Origin: Blastocladiella emersonii ATCC 22665
Taxonomy: Eukaryota > Fungi > Blastocladiomycota
Direction: 5' to 3'
DNA: 64,000 bases
Assembly: GCA_025594325.1 (NCBI GenBank)
Contig: JANHCV010000012.1
Location: 868,001 to 932,000, forward strand
In this document: positions 11,776 to 21,943 of the stretch, piece by piece
How positions within the stretch are numbered: the stretch's first letter is position 1
Layout: every line of letters starts with the position of its first letter
The notes under the pieces: generated by a model
What the model saw: only the letters and a program-made list of their open reading frames with translations
The model's database searches: none
Told to the model about the DNA's origin: nothing
Made by a program: the position numbers and the translations under genes

Positions 11776-12663
11776 TCATGAGAACAGACCTCCAAGCAGC
11801 TCTCCAACAAATCCAATGACTTCCTCAAACACGCTCTCGTCGACCTCAGCATCATCCGGCCCCTCGAAATCACAGGAACCCGTGTCAACCTCGACCGGGT
11901 CGAAGTTGTAGGCGTCCGCATCCACGTCGACATCGAGATCGGCCGAATCCTCGTAGTCGTGGGCGTCCACGTCGGCATCGTCCAGCTCCTCGACGCCGCG
12001 GGCGTACTCGTTTGGGTCGAACGTGTCAAGATCCTGCGTGTCCTCGTCCAGCCACGCCTCGTCATCTAGCTCCGCGTCGTCGACCATCGCCGTATCCCGC
12101 GCCATTATGTCCGCCGAATCCATGTCCTCCTCGGCCGCGACGGCCACGGCGGCCGCCTGCTCGTCGCGGACCATCTTGCCAGTGTACCCAGTCAACGCCG
12201 AGCCACCCATCCCGAGCACGCCAGTCGTCCGAACCACGTTGGCGCCAATGTGGAGCGCCTCCTTGGGCGTGAACTGGCCGTCCTGGCCGGCTGCAGTGAT
12301 GGCGCTGACCGTCCCACCGACGCCGAGACCAACTGCAACAGCAGTTCCGACCTTGGCCATGGTCGGGCGGAAGCCGCCCTGCTTTTGCGGCTGACTCGGC
12401 ACGTTCTCCTTGGTCCGCTTGACGTGCTCGAGATCATGTTTCTTCATCGGCGGCTGCTGCTGCTTGGGCGGCTGCATCTTGGGCGGCTGCATCTTGGGCG
12501 GCTGCATCTTGGACTGCATCTTGGGCGGCTGCCGCTCGGGCACCGGCTTCTTCTTGAGCGCCTGCCGCTTCTTGAGCTCTTGCGCCTGCTCATGCTTGAC
12601 AGCAATGGCGTACTGCTGCTCCAGCTCCATCATCTTCTTCTGGATATCCTGCGAGGTCGACAT
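11776..12663 (-). CDS. Orphan family copy 2 (intact): Q/K/P-rich N-terminus, Gly-rich hydrophobic core, acidic tail ending EEVIGFVGELLGGLFS
   Basis: Uninterrupted 295-aa ORF with clear homology to the two flanking copies. Confidence 0.8.
   Translation of the reverse strand: MSTSQDIQKKMMELEQQYAIAVKHEQAQELKKRQALKKKPVPERQPPKMQSKMQPPKMQPPKMQPPKQQQPPMKKHDLEHVKRTKENVPSQPQKQGGFRPTMAKVGTAVAVGLGVGGTVSAITAAGQDGQFTPKEALHIGANVVRTTGVLGMGGSALTGYTGKMVRDEQAAAVAVAAEEDMDSADIMARDTAMVDDAELDDEAWLDEDTQDLDTFDPNEYARGVEELDDADVDAHDYEDSADLDVDVDADAYNFDPVEVDTGSCDFEGPDDAEVDESVFEEVIGFVGELLGGLFS
12466..12532. repeat. 15-bp coding tandem repeat GGGCGGCTGCATCTT (encodes MQPPK on the minus strand)
   Basis: Three perfect units at 12466..12510, followed by degenerate or partial units. 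Confidence 0.9.
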
Positions 12664-13237
12664 ATTGGAGGGCTTGGTCGTTAAGTGGCGAGTGATTGGC
12701 GAAGCGAGGCGGGATCACGCTCCTTTTTGTACTCGTTGGTGCACCCGCCTGCTTCCGGCGCCGTCGCATGCCGCGGTACTCCAGATTACTGTCCAGCTCG
12801 GTAAAAGATCCCTGCGAGGCTCCGCCGGGCAACATGATCACAGCTTTGTTAGCTCGTTGTACTGTTCTGAGTCAATCAAGGCGCTGGTTGCCGTTTTGAG
12901 ACGCAAGAGGTTCCAAACTGTGCTCCCGTTTGTTTCTGGGATGAGGATCCGCTCCAGTCGCATCACTTTGCGGAACAGTAACAATCGTACCATCTTACTG
13001 CTTCCTTCGTGAGTCGATCGAGTACCAGACCGCGGATCCCGCTAAGCTCGTGTAACCGAGTTTTACTGTGATTTTGGGCGGAGGCCAAGCCCCGAAACGT
13101 GAGAAGCGCGCGTAAGCGGTGTGGCGCAACGCGTCCCCCATTCCTGACTCAGCTTACGCTCGCTCACCCACGAGCTTCGATCAAGTTCGCGCGCAAGTAG
13201 AAGAAAAGTCCAATTGTTACTATTCGAGACGAAAACA

Positions 13238-13927
13238 TCACACCTCAGCCAAAGAAATTCGACACCAGCTCGCCAATGAACCCGCCTCCTCGAGCAGCCC
13301 GCCATCCTCCGCGGCCGCCGCCGAGCCCGCCTCCTCAACGTACGCGCTCCCGCTCGACGAAATGCACTCGCGCGGGCACATCGTCTTGGAGACCTCCGAG
13401 GCAGCCGCCTCCGCCCGCTCGTCGCGCACCATGCGGCCCGTCAGCTGCGTCGCAAGTCCGCCCGCGGGACCGAGGAGGCCGGGGACGCGCGCCGCGTTGG
13501 CGCCAATGTCGAGCATCTCGGCGGCCGTGAACTTGCCGTCCTTGGACGCCGCGAGCGCGGCGCTGACAGTCCCGTACACGGCGATCCCGACCGACGCCGC
13601 GGCACCGATCGTGGCCATGAGGCCGTCGCCGAACGACTGCGGCGCGTGACGCGGTTGCTGGTGCTGCTGCTTCTGCGCCGGAGCGTGGACGCGTGGTTTC
13701 TGCGACGGCGCCTCAAAACGCGACTGCTGCGACGGCGCTTCGGCACGCGACTTTTGCGACGGAGCTTGGACGCGCAGCGGCTGCGGCACGGTCTGGCTGC
13801 GCTGCGCGGGCTGCTGCGGGCTGCGCGGCTGCATGCGCTGGTCGAGCTCCCGCTGCAGCTCGAGGAGCACGGCCTTCTGCTGCTCGAGGGCCTTGCGCTT
13901 GTTCTGGGACTCGTGCGAAGCGGACAT
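13238..13927 (-). CDS. Orphan family copy 3 (probable frameshift near the C-terminus)
   Basis: Core ASKDGKFTAAEMLDIGANAARVPGLLGPAGGLATQLTGRMVRDERA. The family C-terminal helix FIGELVSNFFG* lies in the -1 frame and ends at 13245. Confidence 0.75.
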   Translation of the reverse strand: MSASHESQNKRKALEQQKAVLLELQRELDQRMQPRSPQQPAQRSQTVPQPLRVQAPSQKSRAEAPSQQSRFEAPSQKPRVHAPAQKQQHQQPRHAPQSFGDGLMATIGAAASVGIAVYGTVSAALAASKDGKFTAAEMLDIGANAARVPGLLGPAGGLATQLTGRMVRDERAEAAASEVSKTMCPRECISSSGSAYVEEAGSAAAAEDGGLLEEAGSLASWCRISLAEV

Positions 13928-14340
13928 TTGGCGGGGAGGCGCGATAGAGGATGCTTGGTAAGGAGTGAGGACGGGCGGCGAGGCGAGCCTCAGGTTTTAG
14001 GAGGCCATGGCCGCGCGCGCTTGCACGGCTGCGGGCATCGATCGAGGTTCCATTCCTTCGTGGGAACCACGATGCGGTGCGCCGCGACGCGACGCGTCGT
14101 GCATGTTGCGCACCGGATTGAGATGTCTCCCGCGAACTTGCCTTCCTGATCAGGATGGCAAATACCAAACGCGCCGGTGATCGGCACGCGCGATGGCGGA
14201 GGCGGTCGCGTGTGGCTGGGGCCGCGAGACACGAGCGCGGTGCGAGACAACCGCTCACGTGACGCGGCAAATGCACGGCCCGACCGTCGCGGCCGCGATC
14301 TGCGCGTCCCCCTCGCCTTCCCTCCGCCATCCACCAAAAC

Positions 14341-16596
14341 ATGACGGCTACCATGGATCCTACCGCGCAGAAACCGGCTGCAACGCCCGCTGCGGCGCCA
14401 TCGGCCAAGCCCGGCAAGGCGAAGAAGCGCCCGGCCAAGCACGGCGACATCGTGCCCGCGACCGGCGGCGGCGCCGCTGCGGCGGCAAAGCGTCCGCGCA
14501 AGGCGCTGACGGGTGCCAAGGCCGAGGCGGTGGCCGCGGCGAGCACGCCCGTGTCGGCGGAGCAGGCGTCCGCGCTCAAGAAGACCAAGGAGTCGCTGCT
14601 CAAGGTGCGCAAGACGCTGCCCGTGTACGAGCACCGCGAGTCGATTGTGGACGCGGTGCGCAAGCACGCCGTCGTCGTGGTCGTGGGCGAGACGGGGTCG
14701 GGCAAGACGACGCAGATCCCGCAGTTCCTGCACTCCGCGGGCGTGTGCAAGTCGGTCGCGGTGACGCAGCCGCGCCGGATCTCGGCCATCTCGCTCGCGC
14801 AGCGCGTCGCGCAGGAGCAGGGCGTGCAGCTCGGCACGCGTGTCGGGTACTCGGTCCGGTTCGACGACATGACGTCCAATGAAACTAAGATCCGGTTCCT
14901 CACCGACGGCATGCTCCTGCGCGAGCTGCTCGTCGACCCGATGCTGTACAAGTACGACGCCATTGTACTCGACGAGGCCCACGAGCGCAGCGTCCGCACC
15001 GACGTGCTGCTCGGCATGGTCCGCCGCATCCTCGCCGTGCGCAAGGACCTCAAGGTCGTGGTCATGTCGGCGACGCTCGAGTCGGGCCTGTTCACCAACT
15101 TCTTCCAGGGGTACGCTTTCTCGCACTCATCACCGTTTACTGGACGCAAGCTGACGTTGCGACCGAGTAGCGCGCACCTGCTGCACATCCCGGGCCGCCT
15201 GCACGAGATCCGCGTGTTCCACACCATCGCGTCCAACACCGACTACGTGGACGCGACGCTGCGCACGATCCACGACATCTACCACAACCAGGCGCCCGGC
15301 GACATTCTGGCGTTCATGAACGGGCAGGAGGACATTGAGGCGGCCGCCGCGCAGCTGACCGAGCACGCCAAGGCCATGCCGAACCTGGTCGTCGCCCCGC
15401 TGTTCGCGAACTTGCCCATGTCGATGCAGCGGTCCGTCTTCGACCCCGCCCCCGCGGGCCACCGCAAGGTGGTGCTGGCGACCAACATTGCCGAAACGTC
15501 CGTGACGATTTCGGGCGTGCGGTACGTGGTCGACAACGGGCTGGCCAAGATCAAGGTGTACCACGCCAAGGTCGGGCTCGAGTCGCTCATGGTGGCGCCC
15601 ATCTCCAAGTCGGCGGCGCTGCAGCGCGCGGGCCGTGCGGGCCGCGAGGCGCCCGGCCGCGTGTACCGCCTGTACACGGAGGACGCGTTCGCGGGGCTCG
15701 ACCCGAACACGCCGGCCGAGATCAAGCGGGCGAACCTGGCCAACGTGGTGCTGCAGCTCAAGGCGTCGGGCGTCGAGGACGTGCTCGGGTTCGACTTCAT
15801 CGAGCGCCCGCTGCAGGAGTCGCTGGTCGCGGCGCACCAGCAGCTGGTGCTGCTGGGCGCGCTCGAGAAGGCGACACGCGCGCTGACGAGTACGGGCCGC
15901 AGCATGGCGCGGTACCCGCTCGACCCGGCGGTCGCGCGCGTGCTGGTGGCGGCCGAGGCCGAGGGCGTGACGGTTGACCTGCTCTCGCTCCTGGCGCTGC
16001 TGTCGCAGGAGACGGTCTTCTACACGCCGTCGGGCGACGCGCGCGACGACGCGCTCGAGCAGCGGCGCAAGTTCATTTCGAGCGACGGCGACCTGGTGAC
16101 GTGGCTCAACGCGCTGCGCGCGTACGAGGAGGTGCAGGGCGACGACAAATGGTGCCACGCGCACTACATCAACCAGCGCAACGTGCGCCAGGTGCTGAGC
16201 ATCCGCAACCAGCTCGCCGACCAGGTTCGGGGGACGGCGACGACGCTGTCGACGCGCACCGCGCCCACCGAGGACCTGCTCCGGTGCTACCTCCGCGGGT
16301 ACTTTGGCCAGGTCGCGTTCCTCCAACCCGACGGCCGGTACGCGACGCTCGCGGGCCGCCACGCCGTGTCGATCCACCCGTCCAGCGTCCTGTTCGGTAA
16401 GAAGATCCCCGTCGTGTCATTTGTCGAGCTCGTCGGCGGCGAGTCCGGCCGCTGGTTCATTCGCGGCGTGAGTCGCGTCGACCAGGAGTGGGTCAAGGAG
16501 GCCAGCGCCGCCGTGCTCGGCGAGGCCCGCCGGGCTGCTTCGTCCGCGACTGCCTCGGCGGCGAAGACGACGGCGACCGTCGCGGCTAGAGGATAG
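14341..16596 (+). CDS. DEAH-box RNA helicase, Dhr2/DHX33-like; in-frame intron 15111..15170
   Basis: GETGSGKTTQ, TQPRRISA, DEAHER, MSAT, LATNIAETSVTI, QRAGRAGR, followed by HA2- and OB-like regions. Subfamily assignment is less certain than family. Confidence 0.92.
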   Translation: MTATMDPTAQKPAATPAAAPSAKPGKAKKRPAKHGDIVPATGGGAAAAAKRPRKALTGAKAEAVAAASTPVSAEQASALKKTKESLLKVRKTLPVYEHRESIVDAVRKHAVVVVVGETGSGKTTQIPQFLHSAGVCKSVAVTQPRRISAISLAQRVAQEQGVQLGTRVGYSVRFDDMTSNETKIRFLTDGMLLRELLVDPMLYKYDAIVLDEAHERSVRTDVLLGMVRRILAVRKDLKVVVMSATLESGLFTNFFQGYAFSHSSPFTGRKLTLRPSSAHLLHIPGRLHEIRVFHTIASNTDYVDATLRTIHDIYHNQAPGDILAFMNGQEDIEAAAAQLTEHAKAMPNLVVAPLFANLPMSMQRSVFDPAPAGHRKVVLATNIAETSVTISGVRYVVDNGLAKIKVYHAKVGLESLMVAPISKSAALQRAGRAGREAPGRVYRLYTEDAFAGLDPNTPAEIKRANLANVVLQLKASGVEDVLGFDFIERPLQESLVAAHQQLVLLGALEKATRALTSTGRSMARYPLDPAVARVLVAAEAEGVTVDLLSLLALLSQETVFYTPSGDARDDALEQRRKFISSDGDLVTWLNALRAYEEVQGDDKWCHAHYINQRNVRQVLSIRNQLADQVRGTATTLSTRTAPTEDLLRCYLRGYFGQVAFLQPDGRYATLAGRHAVSIHPSSVLFGKKIPVVSFVELVGGESGRWFIRGVSRVDQEWVKEASAAVLGEARRAASSATASAAKTTATVAARG

Positions 16597-16770
16597 ATAC
16601 GAATACACTATTCAGCCTCGCAGATTTGATACGACTCTGATCCCCAACACGCGAGTGGCCGACAGAGACGTGTTGATCAAAACGGCGCGCCGACCACGTC
16701 CCCTTTCTCTCTCCCCACGAATGATCGGCCGCTCATAGGCCCTCACATACACTCGCTGCAACGCATCAAG

Positions 16771-19023
16771 ATGGGCCACCTCGCCGTCGTCGCGACGTGC
16801 TCGCTTAACCAGTGGGCGCTCGACTTCGACGGGAACCTTTCGCGGATCCGCCGCTCGCTCGACGTCGCCCTCGAGCAGCACGCAACGCTGCGCATCGGGC
16901 CCGAGCTCGAGATCACCGGCTACGGGTGCAACGACCACTTTCTCGAGGGCGACACGTACCTGCACGCGTGGCAGGTGCTGGTCGAGCTGCTGCAGCACCC
17001 GGCGTGTGCCGGTGGGGAGATGCTGTGCGACTTCGGCATGCCCGTCAAGCACCGCGGCGTCAACTACAACTGCCGCGTGCTCGTGCACTCTGGAAAGATC
17101 GTGCTGATCCGGCCCAAGCTGCTCATGGCCAACGACGGCAACTACCGCGAGATGCGCTGGTTCACGCCGTGGATGCAGCCGCGCACGACCGAGGACCACG
17201 TTTTGCCGCGCATGGTCGCCGCGGCGACGGGGCAGCACACGGTCCCGTTCGGCGACGCGGTCGTCGCGACGCGCGATACCGTCGTCGGCGTCGAGATGTG
17301 CGAGGAGGTGTTCGCCGCGGACTCGCCGCACGTCGCCATGGCGCTCGACGGCGTCGAGGTGTTCACCAACTCGTCGGGGTCGCACCACGAGCTGCGCAAG
17401 CTCGCCACGCGGCTCGACCTCGTGCGCGGCGCCACCCGAAAATGCGGCGGCGTCTACCTGTACGCCAACCAGCAGGGGTGCGACGGCGAGCGCATCTACT
17501 ACGACGGCAGCGCGCTCGTTGCCGTCAACGGCGACGTGGTCGCGCTCGGGTCCCAGTTCTCCCTGAAAGACGTCGAGGTCGTCACCGCCGTCGTCGACCT
17601 CGAGGACGTGCGCTCGTTCCGCTCCGGCCGCATCTCGTCCAACCTCCAGGCCGCCGCCGCACCGCGCTACCCGCGCGTTCACGTCGACGTCGCCCTGTCG
17701 CGGTCCGTCTGGGACACGGCCCTGCCCAACCCAGCGCACCCGGACGCCACCGCTGCGCCGCGCCGTGCGGTCGCCGCCCCGCCGACCGGCCCGCTCCTGC
17801 TCCGCCCGTCGCGCCCGTTCGAGCCTGCCGTGTGCGCGTCAGAGGAGGAGATCGCGCTCGGCCCCGCGTGCTGGCTGTGGGACTACCTGCGCCGGTCGCG
17901 CGTCCAGGGCTACTTTTTGCCGCTGTCCGGCGGCATCGACTCGTGCGCGACCGCCGTCATCGTCTTCTCCATGTGCCGCCTCGTCCACGCCGCCGTCGTC
18001 GCAGGCGACGAGCACACGCCGCAGGTGCTCGCGGACGTGCGCCGGATCGCTGGCGAGCCCGTTGATTCGGACTGGGTCCCCGCGTCGCCCGAGGAGATTT
18101 GTGGGAGGTTGTTCCACACGTGCTACCTGTCGGCCGAGCACTCGTCGGCCGAGACGCGCGGGCGCGCGGCGGGTCTGGCGGCTGCGATCGGCGCGTACCA
18201 CCTCAACGTGCCCATCGACTCGATCACGCGCGCGCTGGTCGCGACCTTCGCGGCGGTGACGGGCAAGACGCCGCAGTTCCGCGTGCACGGAGGGTCGAGC
18301 GCCGAGAACCTGGCGCTGCAGAACATCCAGGCGCGGTCGCGCATGGTGCTCAGCTACCTGTTCGCGCAGCTGCTGTGCTGGGTGCGCGGGCGCACCGGCA
18401 GCCTGCTGGTGCTCGGGTCCGCCAACGTCGACGAGTCCCTGCGCGGGTACCTGACCAAGTACGACTGCTCGTCGGCGGACCTCAACCCGATCGGCGGGAT
18501 CTCGAAGACGGACCTCCGCGCCTTCATCGCGTGGGCGCAGCGGGAGTTCGAGCTCCCGGTCCTCACCGGGTTCCTCGACGCGACGCCGACGGCCGAACTC
18601 GAGCCGTCGACCGCCGACTACGTCCAGGCGGATGAAGTCGACATGGGCATGACGTACGCCGAGCTGTCCGTGTACGGCCGCCTGCGCAAGGTCGCCAAGT
18701 GCGGGCCCTTCTCCATGTTCACGGCGCTCGTGCGCGAGTGGGCGCCGCGGCTCCCGGCCGCCGAGGTCGCCGCCAAGGTCAAGCGCTTCTTCTTCTTCTA
18801 CAACATCAACCGCCACAAGATGACCACGCTCACGCCCGCGTACCACGCCGAGAGCTATGGCACTGACGATAACCGGTTCGACCTCCGCCCGTTCCTCTAC
18901 CCCGGCATGCAGTGGCAGTTTGCGCGGATCGACGACGCGGTCCGCGCTATCGACGCGGCGTCTTCGGCGGCGGGGGCGGCGGGGGTGGCGGACGCGGGGC
19001 TCGCGGTGCCGATGGTTGATTGA
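16771..19023 (+). CDS. QNS1: Glutamine-dependent NAD+ synthetase
   Basis: Nitrilase-type domain ([16 protein letters not shown]) plus synthetase domain ([46 protein letters not shown]). Confidence 0.97.
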   Translation: MGHLAVVATCSLNQWALDFDGNLSRIRRSLDVALEQHATLRIGPELEITGYGCNDHFLEGDTYLHAWQVLVELLQHPACAGGEMLCDFGMPVKHRGVNYNCRVLVHSGKIVLIRPKLLMANDGNYREMRWFTPWMQPRTTEDHVLPRMVAAATGQHTVPFGDAVVATRDTVVGVEMCEEVFAADSPHVAMALDGVEVFTNSSGSHHELRKLATRLDLVRGATRKCGGVYLYANQQGCDGERIYYDGSALVAVNGDVVALGSQFSLKDVEVVTAVVDLEDVRSFRSGRISSNLQAAAAPRYPRVHVDVALSRSVWDTALPNPAHPDATAAPRRAVAAPPTGPLLLRPSRPFEPAVCASEEEIALGPACWLWDYLRRSRVQGYFLPLSGGIDSCATAVIVFSMCRLVHAAVVAGDEHTPQVLADVRRIAGEPVDSDWVPASPEEICGRLFHTCYLSAEHSSAETRGRAAGLAAAIGAYHLNVPIDSITRALVATFAAVTGKTPQFRVHGGSSAENLALQNIQARSRMVLSYLFAQLLCWVRGRTGSLLVLGSANVDESLRGYLTKYDCSSADLNPIGGISKTDLRAFIAWAQREFELPVLTGFLDATPTAELEPSTADYVQADEVDMGMTYAELSVYGRLRKVAKCGPFSMFTALVREWAPRLPAAEVAAKVKRFFFFYNINRHKMTTLTPAYHAESYGTDDNRFDLRPFLYPGMQWQFARIDDAVRAIDAASSAAGAAGVADAGLAVPMVD

Positions 19024-19120
19024 GCCGTGGGGCTCGAGTGCAGGTGGCGGTAGCGAAGGATACATTGAGATTTTGCGCGCAAGTCTAGCACAGCACCTAA
19101 GCCGCGAGCGGGGAGGAGCT

Positions 19121-19538
19121 TCAGGCGATGCGAGCGCCGCCAATCATGTTGTTCTCCACGACAATCTCGTCCTGGTCGCCAATATCGAGCTAGTTCGCGC
19201 GGGTGCGCGAGGCGGCGGTCAGCATGGCGCGGCGAGCCAGGAGAACCCCGACTACAACGCACCTCAATGAGCGACGACTCGAGCTCCTCCTTCAACCGCT
19301 CGCCGTCAGGGCTGAGGAAGCGGAACGTCTTGGCCACTGCGCCCTTCCGCGCGTTGAAGGCGGCCGTGAGCTTGGCGAACTTGGTCTTACCCTTGGCCTT
19401 GAACTCTGAGAGATGGATGAGTCGCCGAAGCGGTAAGCGGGCGGGCAGCGGCGGAGGGGGAGGGAGCGTCGTACCAATGCGCTCCTCGGCGCCGGGACCC
19501 TTGAACACGATCGTCACCACGTCGTTCTCGGCAGTCAT
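19121..19538 (-). CDS. SUMO-like ubiquitin-fold protein A (91 aa; ends MIGG-ARIA); introns 19406..19474 and 19190..19262
   Basis: Spliced product MTAENDVVTIVFKGPGAEERIEFKAKGKTKFAKLTAAFNARKGAVAKTFRFLSPDGERLKEELESSLIELDIGDQDEIVVENNMIGGARIA follows the Smt3 pattern FK.K..T...KL..AF..R.G.....RFL.DG.R....LD..D.D.I......GG. Confidence 0.85.
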
Positions 19539-19583
19539 GGTTTCTGCATGCACGGCGGTCGGGGAGTGGAGGTGTGAGCGCTC

Positions 19584-19625
19584 GATACATTGCAGCAAGT
19601 GCCGGGTTACATGGAGTGTTACATT
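19584..19625 (-). promoter_or_regulatory. Conserved 42-bp upstream element of SUMO-like gene A
   Basis: Bipartite AATGTAAC...ACTTGCTGCAATGTATC element with the same length and spacing as before genes B, C and D. Confidence 0.65.
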
Positions 19626-19893
19626 TTAGTGTAAGTGTCGTGGAAGGGGGGAGAAGAAGCGGAAGCGCAAGGGTGGCTCAGTTCAGCTGAGTTGCCATCG
19701 ACCCCTGACCGACTGCCATCTGGTCGGCCATCACGCTGGCCATCGGACAGACCCCTCACGCGACAACAGACTAGTATTATGGTATATGCAATCGAACCAC
19801 GGGTCGGCCACGACGGGTCGCGGCGAAAGCGAGTCGGACCAGACTTCCGGCCGCGGAACCAAGGTGTCGTCGTGCCATGGCCAGCAGCAAGGC

Positions 19894-20305
19894 CTACTCG
19901 TCAACAGCGCCACCCTCCTGGCTGAGATGCACCGCAACCTCGTCCATGTCACGGATATCGAGCTACATTCAACGTCGCGGGAGGTCAGCGAGCGGTCCCA
20001 TCGCCACACGTCGACACGGTCGGCGCACCTCCTTGAGCGTCTGCTCGGCCGTCGCCTTGAGTTTCTGGCCAAGCGGGTCAAAGAAGCGGTACGTCTTCGG
20101 TCCCACATCGCGCTTCTTCATCACGGCGGTCGCGAGCTTGCAGAACGGCGTCTTGGCCTTGGCCTTAATCTCTGTTCGAGCGAGTGTGAGCGGGTTGCTG
20201 AGAAGCTGCTTGTGAGATGGGCGACGTACCGAGCCGGTTCTCGGGGCCGGGGCCGTTGAAGACGACCGTCACCACCGAGTTGTCGTCGAGTTCGCCGTTG
20301 GTCAT
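19894..20305 (-). CDS. SUMO-like protein B (ends QEGG-AVDE); two introns at the same positions as A
   Basis: MTNGELDDNSVVTVVFNGPGPENRLEIKAKAKTPFCKLATAVMKKRDVGPKTYRFFDPLGQKLKATAEQTLKELDIRDMDEVAVHLSQEGGAVDE; canonical GT-AG introns. Confidence 0.82.
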
Positions 20306-20356
20306 GGTGGCTGAGTGCGCGGGATACACGGATAGCGAGTAGGCGTGAGCTTAGTC

Positions 20357-20398
20357 GATTCGTTGCAGCAAGTCTCGGCATTCATGGTGCGTTACATT
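20357..20398 (-). promoter_or_regulatory. Conserved 42-bp upstream element of SUMO-like gene B
   Basis: Plus-strand GATTCGTTGCAGCAAGT...CATGGTGCGTTACATT, 52 bp upstream of the ATG. Confidence 0.65.
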
Positions 20399-20653
20399 TC
20401 GAGACTTTGTGTTGTGTAGGGAGAGGAGAGATGAGTGCATGGTCCTTCAGATGCGAATTGGCCATCGCCGCGACCACCAGCCATCTGGGCGGCCATCACC
20501 CACTCCGACGGCTCGCGCAACACGGAGAAACTGCGCCAGAGACGTGACCAAACCCTCTAGTACGCGCAGCAAAAGAATGGGCGCGAGAACGCGTCCAAGC
20601 GGGATTTATAACACTCGGCGTGACCGCGATGGGGCGTGCGAGCCAAACCAGAG

Positions 20654-21073
20654 TTAAAACGCGAGCGCACCGCCGTCCTGGTTGTGCACGACAGTGATCT
20701 CGTCATTATCGCCAATGTCGAGCCAGATGCGGAAAGGTTGAGGGTAAGTATCGGCGGGACGGGCACAACTCGCGCTCTACGCACCTCGGCCAGCGACGCC
20801 GTGCTGTCCTCCTTGAGGCGGTCTCCGTCCGGGCCGAGGAAACGGAACGTCTTGGGCACCACGCCACGCTTGGCGTTGAAGTTGGCCGTGAGCTTGCAGA
20901 ACTTGGTCTTGAGCTTGATATTGTGCACTGCGGGTTGGGGCGAACAGTCAAGGCACTGCACCGACCGAGTCGCGTTCTGTTGGCAGATTGATGGGCGTAC
21001 CCATACGGTCCTCGGGGCCGGGGCCCTTGAGCACGACGGTGATCAGGTTGAGCTTGGGCTCGGTCGTCGTCAT
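20654..21073 (-). CDS. SUMO-like protein C (ends QDGG-ALAF); second intron acceptor reads GG, so possibly a pseudogene
   Basis: MTTTEPKLNLITVVLKGPGPEDRMVHNIKLKTKFCKLTANFNAKRGVVPKTFRFLGPDGDRLKEDSTASLAE/LDIGDNDEITVVHNQDGGALAF. The acceptor at 20724..20723 is GG, not AG. Confidence 0.72.
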
Positions 21074-21125
21074 GGGTATCGATTTGCTAAGTGCGGGGTC
21101 TACGGGAGTGCTGTGTGAGCTTTTT

Positions 21126-21167
21126 GATACATTTCAGCAAGTTCCAGTTGAAATGGTGCGTTACATT
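21126..21167 (-). promoter_or_regulatory. Conserved 42-bp upstream element of SUMO-like gene C
   Basis: Plus-strand GATACATTTCAGCAAGT...AATGGTGCGTTACATT, 53 bp upstream of the ATG. Confidence 0.65.
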
Positions 21168-21417
21168 GAGAGAGGGGTGTCGCGTTCGGAAGGCGGGATG
21201 GGTCGCGACGTTCACTTCGACTCCCAGCTCCACTGACGCCACCGCTCGCCACCAGCGGAAGCTTAACGCTCTCGACGCAATGACCAGTTTCAACCGTTTT
21301 TATACGCTCAGCGTTAACCGTTTCGGCCCGCTGCTTAGCCGTATTCAACAGCAGCCCTGTCGCCAAGTATCCGACCCATCACATCGGGACACAGCTGCAT
21401 AGACCAGGCGAAAGATC

Positions 21418-21850
21418 TCACGCAACGTGAGCGCCGCCGTCCTGGTGGATCCCGATAGAGATCACGTCCATGTCGCCGATCTCGAGCTAGATGGTGGGCG
21501 GGGGAGCGGTGAGCACGGGCGTCGCGATGTGGCGGCGACCCAGCCAGAGCGAGAGCGACGTACCTCCATCACGGAAGTCTCCGACTTCGCGTTGAGCATC
21601 TTGCCGTCCGGGTCCGCGAACCTGTAGGTTCCGGGGGCCACGTCGCGCTTCTTCATGACGGCGTTCGCGAGTTTGCAGAACGGCGTCTTACCCTTGACCT
21701 TGATCTCTACCCGAACGAGCTACCAAGCTAAGCGGTACGCGACGAGAGAGGATCCGAGAGGCGTCGTGTGGTACCGAGACGGTCCTCGTCGCCGGGTCCC
21801 TTGAACACCACCGTGATCACTGTGTTCGCGTCGACCTCGCCGTTGGTCAT
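21418..21850 (-). CDS. SUMO-like protein D (ends QDGG-AHVA); two introns at the same positions
   Basis: MTNGEVDANTVITVVFKGPGDEDRLEIKVKGKTPFCKLANAVMKKRDVAPGTYRFADPDGKMLNAKSETSVMELEIGDMDVISIGIHQDGGAHVA; canonical splice sites. Confidence 0.82.
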
Positions 21851-21901
21851 GTTGGCTGAGCAAGCGGGATACACGGCCAGCAGTCAGGTGTGAGCACACT
21901 G

Positions 21902-21943
21902 GATACATTGCAGCAAGTCTTAAGTTTCATGGTGCGTTACATT
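21902..21943 (-). promoter_or_regulatory. Conserved 42-bp upstream element of SUMO-like gene D
   Basis: Plus-strand GATACATTGCAGCAAGT...CATGGTGCGTTACATT, 52 bp upstream of the ATG. Confidence 0.65.

Noticed and set aside
13713-19143. Several long minus-strand ORFs (13713..15239, 15130..16377, 16612..17739, 17839..19143)
   Set aside because: Antisense shadows of the DEAH helicase and QNS1.
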